Below, piece by piece: positions 55,986 through 64,000 of a DNA stretch of 64,000 nt. Source of the stretch: the human T2T-CHM13v2.0 reference genome, Homo sapiens; assembly GCF_009914755.1 (NCBI RefSeq), contig NC_060925.1. One strand, written 5' to 3'. Under the pieces are notes generated by a model. It was not told where the DNA came from. It saw nothing but the letters and a program-made list of their open reading frames with translations, and made no database searches. Made by a program: the position numbers and the translations under genes. Position 1 is the first letter of the stretch. The number at the start of each line of letters is the position of its first letter.

Positions 55986-58900
55986 CTCAGAATAGGCTTA
56001 TTAAAACATTGTCAAAATAGCTAGGCTATTAGTCTAGCTCCTGAGTCCCCCCTCTTCCAGTGGGGGTGCACACTTAGAATTTGTGTCATCTTAATTGCAT
56101 CTTGCACCATCCCCCTTGCTTAAATCCTCAGAAAATTTCTATAGCACTTCTTTCAAGCATGAAGGAAAAGGATTCTGTACTGCTAAAAGAGGGCAGAATT
56201 CTCCCTCCCCCATCTCATGGCCGAGTATCTAAGCTTAGAAATGGGAGGAATTTAGTACACACCAACTGAGAGAGATAGGCTAGGAGGAGTGGATTAATCA
56301 CTGGCTCTTTTATGATTGTTTTGTCTTTAATTGTGTGTTATTTATAACATACTCATTGGGGAAAGTATTGTACCTTATAGAAACCTGTCCACTTTCTTTG
56401 TATGAAAACTGTTTAAAGCAAGTATAAGTTTGTAGCCTCTTATTTGACATTCATGGAACCAGAAGCATCTAGGAATTAAATTGTTTATTTCCTCAGACTA
56501 AGTTATATTACATAATATCATGTATGTTATTTAATACCCCCAGCAGAAGTAGCACCCATTATCAAATGCATTAATATCTCGGTGGAGAAACACGAATATT
56601 TATACTAAGAGAGATAAACAAAAATAGAATTTGAACTAAATTTACTTAAAATCTTGGTTTTACAGCTTTGAAGTATTTAGGGATTATAGAGAAAAACCTG
56701 GATTTCACTCTCCTATCTGGTTATCCTGAGCAATTTTTGACCAATGGAACTGAAGGTATCTAAAACAGCATAATCCCTGGAAATACCCTTAAGCTGGAAA
56801 TTTTAAAAAGGATATAGGACTATTAATATTTATATGTCTAGAGGTTATTACCAATGAACACCAGAAGTTTAGGGGTACAAATCTACTAGAACCCGGGTGT
56901 GAATTCTACAGCTATGATCTTCCCCAGCAAGTTATAGCTAACTGCATATCTGAATACCTTACTCTTAACTCAAATTTTCTGGAATGCTCTAGGTCAGAGG
57001 GGTTATTAGAGCTAATTGATCAAAGCTTCTGGGTGAAATTGCCATAAAAGCTAAAGCAAGATGAATGATTATGTGGGAAATAATTCTATGAGAAGAAAAG
57101 AGAAATGGGTATTGGAGAGGTACAAATAATAGTAATCAATTACTATGAATAGAAATATTAATATGTGAAAAATGGATGAGTCAAATAAGAGTAAGTTAAA
57201 GATCTCAACTACCATATTTAATTTAATTTGCCATCTAAACACTTTTGTCTGTATACGTGCCTATATAGTATGTGTATGAGTGTGCAAGTGCACATACACA
57301 ATTTTCCCAATTGCTACACCCCAAAATTGTTGGCTCTTAAATCAACTGAGGGCTCTGAAACTTTAGGTTTCACAGGGAATGACAAATAATATTCAAGATA
57401 AACTGAAGCTTCCTTGAAATACAACATATGCTGGGTACACTGCCTCTTTTTTTATATGTTGAATTTTGAGTCTACTCCTTCCAGATTTACTTTGAAATGA
57501 ATGTGCATCCTGGGAACAAAACAGGGACCTAGTAGATTATTTCATAAGATGGCTCTGACTGTCTCATTTTTTATTAGCCTAGCCTTAAAAAAAGACATTT
57601 CTATGGAGGATTCTTTTAAGATCTGATACCAGTGGAATGTACTTTAACATAAATCTCTAAGACTTAGGGTTCTTGCCACCACTATGATACATTTGAAGGT
57701 ATATACAGGAAAGTCTTCCTTCAGAATGCTCATGTGATCATATCACTACCCTCTCATAGTCTGCTGTCAGTGTTCAACAGCACTGGTTAAAGGGAAAATG
57801 ACCTTCTGTGTAATTTCTTAAAATTCTTATCTCTAGATATTCCTAGAGGTAGCCTGAGCTGCTGAAAAGCTTTCACATTCCTCTTTCTCTGCAGCATTGA
57901 ATGGTTGGCAAACAATGGAAATTTCGTTTTCATTTTTGGATCAGTCTGCTTGATGAATTTAAACCTAGTGATTATGTTTGCTCATCTGCTTCTCCAAGTC
58001 ATCTTTAGTGTGGAGACCTGAACTCATGGAATCATGGTGAGTGAAAAAGCAAGGGACAGTTGTCTCAAGTACTTTTTCAGGAAAGTCTCCATAGCGAGTC
58101 TCCCTTCTTTGTTCTGTGTGCCCACAGTAACTGCCTTATCAGACATCTACTTTAATGATGATATACATGGGAATGAGGAACAAGGGGACAAAATTCATTA
58201 TTAATCCACTATTAATTTCTGCTCTTCTGGGAGGTAGGAAAACAATACATGTAATAATATAAATAATTAAGAAATAGGGCATAATTCAACACTGCACAAT
58301 GCAATGATTCAACACTGTCCAGCCAGTTATGGCCCATGCCTTTCTAGCCTCTCTTATTTTCCAATTTTATGTACTACCATTATTTAGCATGTTTGGACCT
58401 CCCGAATTACCAGTTTTCTTCTTTTTAATTAAGAGATGTTTCAGGTGTTAGGCAATTTTGCTTTAAGAGAAATGGAATAAAATTTTTTAGATAGAAAGTG
58501 GGATATAATTAGACTTTTTTCGCTGGACTTTCATTGATCTTTTACATATATTTTGTGAATATACATAACATGCTGTCAAATTATCACCACACAATTTCCT
58601 TTCTGCTAGATAAGTGTTTTTCAGACATGCTGACTTTAGTGTTTATATCTTATTGTTAAACATGTTTGGAAGTAACAGACACAGTCATTCATCTACACAT
58701 AGATTAATAAATATATTTCTCTTTTTTATCACCAATATAATAGGAAGTTTAGAAAACTTGTCGATAATCACTAATTATGTTTCTTGTGGTTCCAGCTTTT
58801 TCTTCTGCCAAGCCAAGGTCAAACTCTTTCTTTTACTTCTCCTGCATTCCCAATGCTGGAATCAGAGTTAGGTATAAATTTACCCAAAGAAAATATCGTA

Positions 58901-59352
58901 ATTTGTGCCTATTAAGATAATAATAAAAAAATCTCTGAGTAGGCTTTGCATGCAGGAAGTACTTAATAAATGCAAGGGAGAGCAATGTATCCAGCAACAG
59001 AGCTCAGATATTTTGACTCCAGGAAATTATTTTATGTGATTTCTTTGCCCAGATATTCTCAGACCAGCATAGTGTAAGTGAATCTAGGTCCAATCCCTTC
59101 ATGTTCCCTGTGCAGTGATAACTGAAAATGGAACGGCTGGATTACATACAGACTCAACAGCAGCAATGTCTACTGTACGCCACAGGAATTCTTTTCTGAG
59201 ATGCACACATTCTTCTTTTCCTGCGGCTTCCCACATTCTATGTCAGAATATCTAATGTTGTCACCTCTAAGAGTTAATACAGTGCTCAATAAATGTGCCT
59301 AATTTGCACACATCCGCTACAGCCGCAATTAGATCCCAAGGCACATTTAGAG

Positions 59353-59550
59353 CAGTGGTTCACAAACTTTAATACACATAAAGTTTGCTTGATAAAAATG
59401 CCCCTCAGGCCCCACCTAGGCACTGACTAGGACCTATGGCAGAAATTCTGATTCACTGGGTCTGCAGCCACCTAAAAATTTGCATTTTTATAGACATCTT
59501 CAGATAATTCTGAAGTACCTTTTCTCTAGATAATACTCTATGAAGTACTG
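59353..59550. mobile_element. MER5A/B (hAT-Charlie)
   Basis: Termini cagtggttc...gaagtactg; TSD (a/c)tttagag. Confidence 0.8.
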
Positions 59551-61169
59551 CTTTAGAGCTTGCATGGTAGAAATAACATTTGTTTCTTTATCCTTTCAAA
59601 AGGATTTTTTATATTCATATTTGAATGTCTGTGTACATATGTGTACATAACAAAAGTAAACACATCCCTATGTAAAGAAATCATGAGAGGGCTCTTGATC
59701 AAAAGAAATAAATCACCTTTACCCAAATGGTCATGTGGCTACATCTAAGTCTAAACTGTTATATAATTTTTTTAATAAAAAACTATTCGCTCTGCACTAG
59801 AGATTTCTAAATGACTGATATCATTTTTAGAATGTATACAACAGAAGTCAGTGCCCAACAAAAAGAGTTACTGTATTGGTTTTGCTTTCCTTGGGGGAAA
59901 GGTACTCCTCTTCCCTACTCTCTGCTTGGGGATGGGCAATAATCTTGTTTGCGATTTAATAAAAGCTGCCTTCAAATCAAAGCTTTAGAGGATGTAATCA
60001 TGCATTTCACTTGATTCATTCATTAGTTTTCACCTGAGAGCCTCAGGTTCTGTAATTCCCAAAGCAAGAGAGCTATGCTTCTTTCTTTCTGCATCTTCCC
60101 CCCTCCCTCAACCCAGGAAGCTCAGAGTTTTATCAGTTCAATCTGACTCAAGGAGTATTTCTTATAAGATGTATTGCAAGAGTATTTTTCTGGCTTTGAT
60201 ATATCCTTTAACCCTTCTTCCCCTTTTTCTGCTCCCTTCTCTGACTATTCTCTTCCTTTTTTCCCACCATCCTCACTGCAGAAGTTGTATTTGAAAGAAA
60301 GACAGAAAAAAAGATAAAAACAAAAAGTCCTGTAAATTCAACAATAGATTATTCTCTTTCTCACAGTCAGGAGTTTTCTCCAGATGGTGCCTAGTATCTT
60401 TGTGGATATATCCTTCTTTTTATCATTAGTAGGTATTTGCACGTGTGTAGCTTTGAGATGTGAAATAACAGTGAGCCTTTGCAGGCCTTCCTAGACAGAT
60501 GAAGCAAACTCCCACCAAAAAAGCCTTCTTCACAGATATCAACCAAAGAAGAATTATTTTTAAATAAATCAAAGGGGAATTCAAAATAAGGGGAAATAAG
60601 CCTATTAATTAATGACTTTTTTTTCTGGTTTTCAATGCTGATTATAAAATCAAAAGATTCTTCATGAAAGGTTGTATGATTATATGATTTCTATTTACAG
60701 AGGTAGCAACAAGCTGAAAAAGAATGGGAGAGAGAGAGAGAGAATTTCTAAACAATAAAGTTGTTACGACCAGGTGAACACACAATATTTTTTTAAAGCC
60801 CAATTATTCTCTTTGTAATCACAAAGTTTTGCATCCCAGAGAGAGAGGATGCAAGATTTCCCACAGTAGTCACATTGCAGGGAGAACAAACTCAAAGATG
60901 CTAAACTTTTCCTGCTTTTTATTTCACTAAAAGTATTTGTTCATTGATGCCCAGTTTTGGGCTGCCTGTCTTCATTATGTCTTTAGTCTCTAGAAAAAAA
61001 GTGCCAGCATCTTAACATTTTCTAGGAGCAAAATAGTAATCTAATAGGAATTAATAATGCTATTTAAATTAGGTTGCTTTCCAGGGAGCTTAAAACGTCC
61101 GGAATTATATTACATTTAAAAAAAAATCTCATGTCCTTAGTAAACTACCTACTCTTCCTTGCAGACTTA

Positions 61170-61370
61170 ACCATTCTGAAAGCATTTTCTTGTAATTTTC
61201 ATGTAACACTCAAAACAATTTAGTGAGGTAATTATTAACTTCCTTCTTACAGGTTTGAAGCAACTAGGGTTCAGAGAAAGTAAGTGATTTGTCTGAGATT
61301 AGAAAGCAAATTTATGACATAATCAAAACCGTCAGTAGATTTACTCACAACCAGTCTGAACTCTTTTCCA
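61170..61370 (-). mobile_element. MIR
   Basis: 'ttacaggtttgaagcaactagggttcagagaaagtaagtgatttgtctgag'. Confidence 0.65.
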
Positions 61371-61592
61371 TGTCATAAGCAAGGAAAGGGTAAAGAGAGG
61401 AAGAAGATTTTAGTGGCAGAAATTGTGCTACCATAATAACAAGCAAGAAAACATTGTCATAAGATTAAAAGTTGCAGGCACCCTGTCAATTTCATGAATA
61501 TATTTCTGGACATTTTTTGAGTATTGATGACTCACAGTTATAAAACAGACTTTTACTTGGTAAGGCAGTGTTCTGTCCTCCGGCAGCCATAG

Positions 61593-62071
<479 letters not shown>

Positions 62072-62111
62072 AACAGCCCCTAATTTTTAAACCTCTCCTC
62101 CAGGACGCTTA

Positions 62112-62667
<556 letters not shown>

Positions 62668-62849
62668 AAGAATGGTGGCGCTCATGACTATGGCCGTGCT
62701 ATGTGGCATTCACAGTACAAGCACTCTTCTCTATGAATGTAAGCCAGAAAGCAACACCATGATGTAGACAAATATCATTGATCAGTTGTTTAAAAGATCT
62801 AATTTGATGCCTGGAGGGTGCTTTAGGGATATTACTTACTCTACGGCTA

Positions 62850-63255
62850 TTGGACTCCAGCCCATCTCTCCCTTTGCCATTTGCCATCACTTCGCCTGGA
62901 AGTCTCCTCTCCCAGACAGCCACATACATCACCCAATCGAGCCTTTATCTGAGCCCTTACCTTGTCAGTTAGTTCTATGTGACCACCCTATTTAAATTTA
63001 TAATTCCCACTCAGCTAACGCAAGACTCTCAGTCCTGCTTACCTTCATCTACTTTTTCTTTTTTCCATCGTACTGACCACCAATATGTACTATAACATAC
63101 AATGTAAATTTATGTTTTCAATGTTTTTTCTTAATGTCTGTACCCCTTTAGGAAATAAGCAAAATGAGAACAGGAATTGTTTACTTTTACTGTTCATTGC
63201 CGTACCATAAATGCTCAATAAATATTTTGCTGAACAAATCAATTAATGAATGAAG
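62850..63255 (+). mobile_element. L2 3' fragment
   Basis: Tail 'atgctcaataaatattttgctgaacaaatcaattaatgaatgaa'. Confidence 0.65.
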
Positions 63256-63471
63256 AAACTGTGAATTTGGCAGTTGTAAAAAATCAAATATTTGAAAGAC
63301 TAGGACCACTTATATATAATACACAAGAATAAATGATGCTCATAATGATAATCCTAAAGCAAGTGAATGCTTATTATGTTTTTAAAGATTTCTTTTTCAT
63401 AATATTGTTAACATTTTTTTAATTGAATTTTAAATATATCTGGAAAAGTAACTTCATTAATATTAGGGCAT

Positions 63472-63543
63472 ATGACTTTGATTTACAAAAATATTGAAAG
63501 TGTGATAATGACCTTGGTTTACAAAAACATTGCAAGTGTGATA
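63472..63543. repeat. 36-bp tandem duplication (2 copies, 32/36 identical)
   Basis: atgactttgatttacaaaaatattgaaagtgtgata / atgaccttggtttacaaaaacattgcaagtgtgata. Confidence 0.9.
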
Positions 63544-64000
63544 CAATGAAATGTTAATTGAAATTGAAGATAGACCTATATTTAAATTTGTGCTCTATCA
63601 CTTTATAGACATCTCATCTCGGGTGTATCTTAATTTGAATCTTCCTTCTTTGTCTACGCTTTCCTGCCTCCCCTTCTTTTCCTTTCTAACCTATTTTATT
63701 TCTAAAAAATATTTTACAGTTGCTTACAGAAATACATAAATTTCTATAAGATTGTAGATTATTAGATCTAGATATCAATAGATAGTTGAATCAGTGCAAA
63801 ACATAAAGTTGAGATAGGCAAGACAAGAGAGAGTCACTACACAGAAAGGTTGTTCTTACCACTCTATTCTTAACAGACGAGGCATCATAAAATCACGTTT
63901 GAATTGCCAGAAGCTGAAAGTCATAACGGAATATTGACTGACAACAGACCCAGTCCTAACATTTGTGAATCCTAGGGCAGGACTGCATATGGAAGCCTAT

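Noticed and set aside
60828-60857. Inverted repeat ttgcatcc-N10-ggatgcaa
   Set aside because: An 8-bp stem is expected by chance in 64 kb.

Overview
Primate, almost certainly human, AT-rich and CpG-depleted non-coding DNA (intergenic or long intron). An AluY and an L1 3' end with the L1HS-type 'cttaGagtataat' base support a human origin. No protein-coding gene can be supported: the supplied ORFs are short and mostly Alu/L1/LTR-derived or chance frames. Much of the window is interspersed repeat, often nested: 12 Alus, old L1M arrays (3.3-7.4 kb, 27-43 kb), a MER51/MER4-group provirus remnant (15.6-21.1 kb), MER11 and other ERV1 solo LTRs, MaLRs, DNA transposons (MER82 x2, MER30 x2, MER58A, MER20, MER5, MADE1 x2), L2 and MIR. 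I find no convincing new biological system. The best leads are a ~48-bp L1HS insertion inside an Alu (possibly polymorphic), a candidate recursive splice site at 25673/4 that would regenerate the donor at 23273/4, a chain of minus-strand candidate exons including a 32-nt microexon, a ~300-bp unexplained insert in MER82, and a 46-bp dispersed duplication. Repeat names come from recalled consensus sequences, not a search; subfamilies and the ends of old repeats are approximate.
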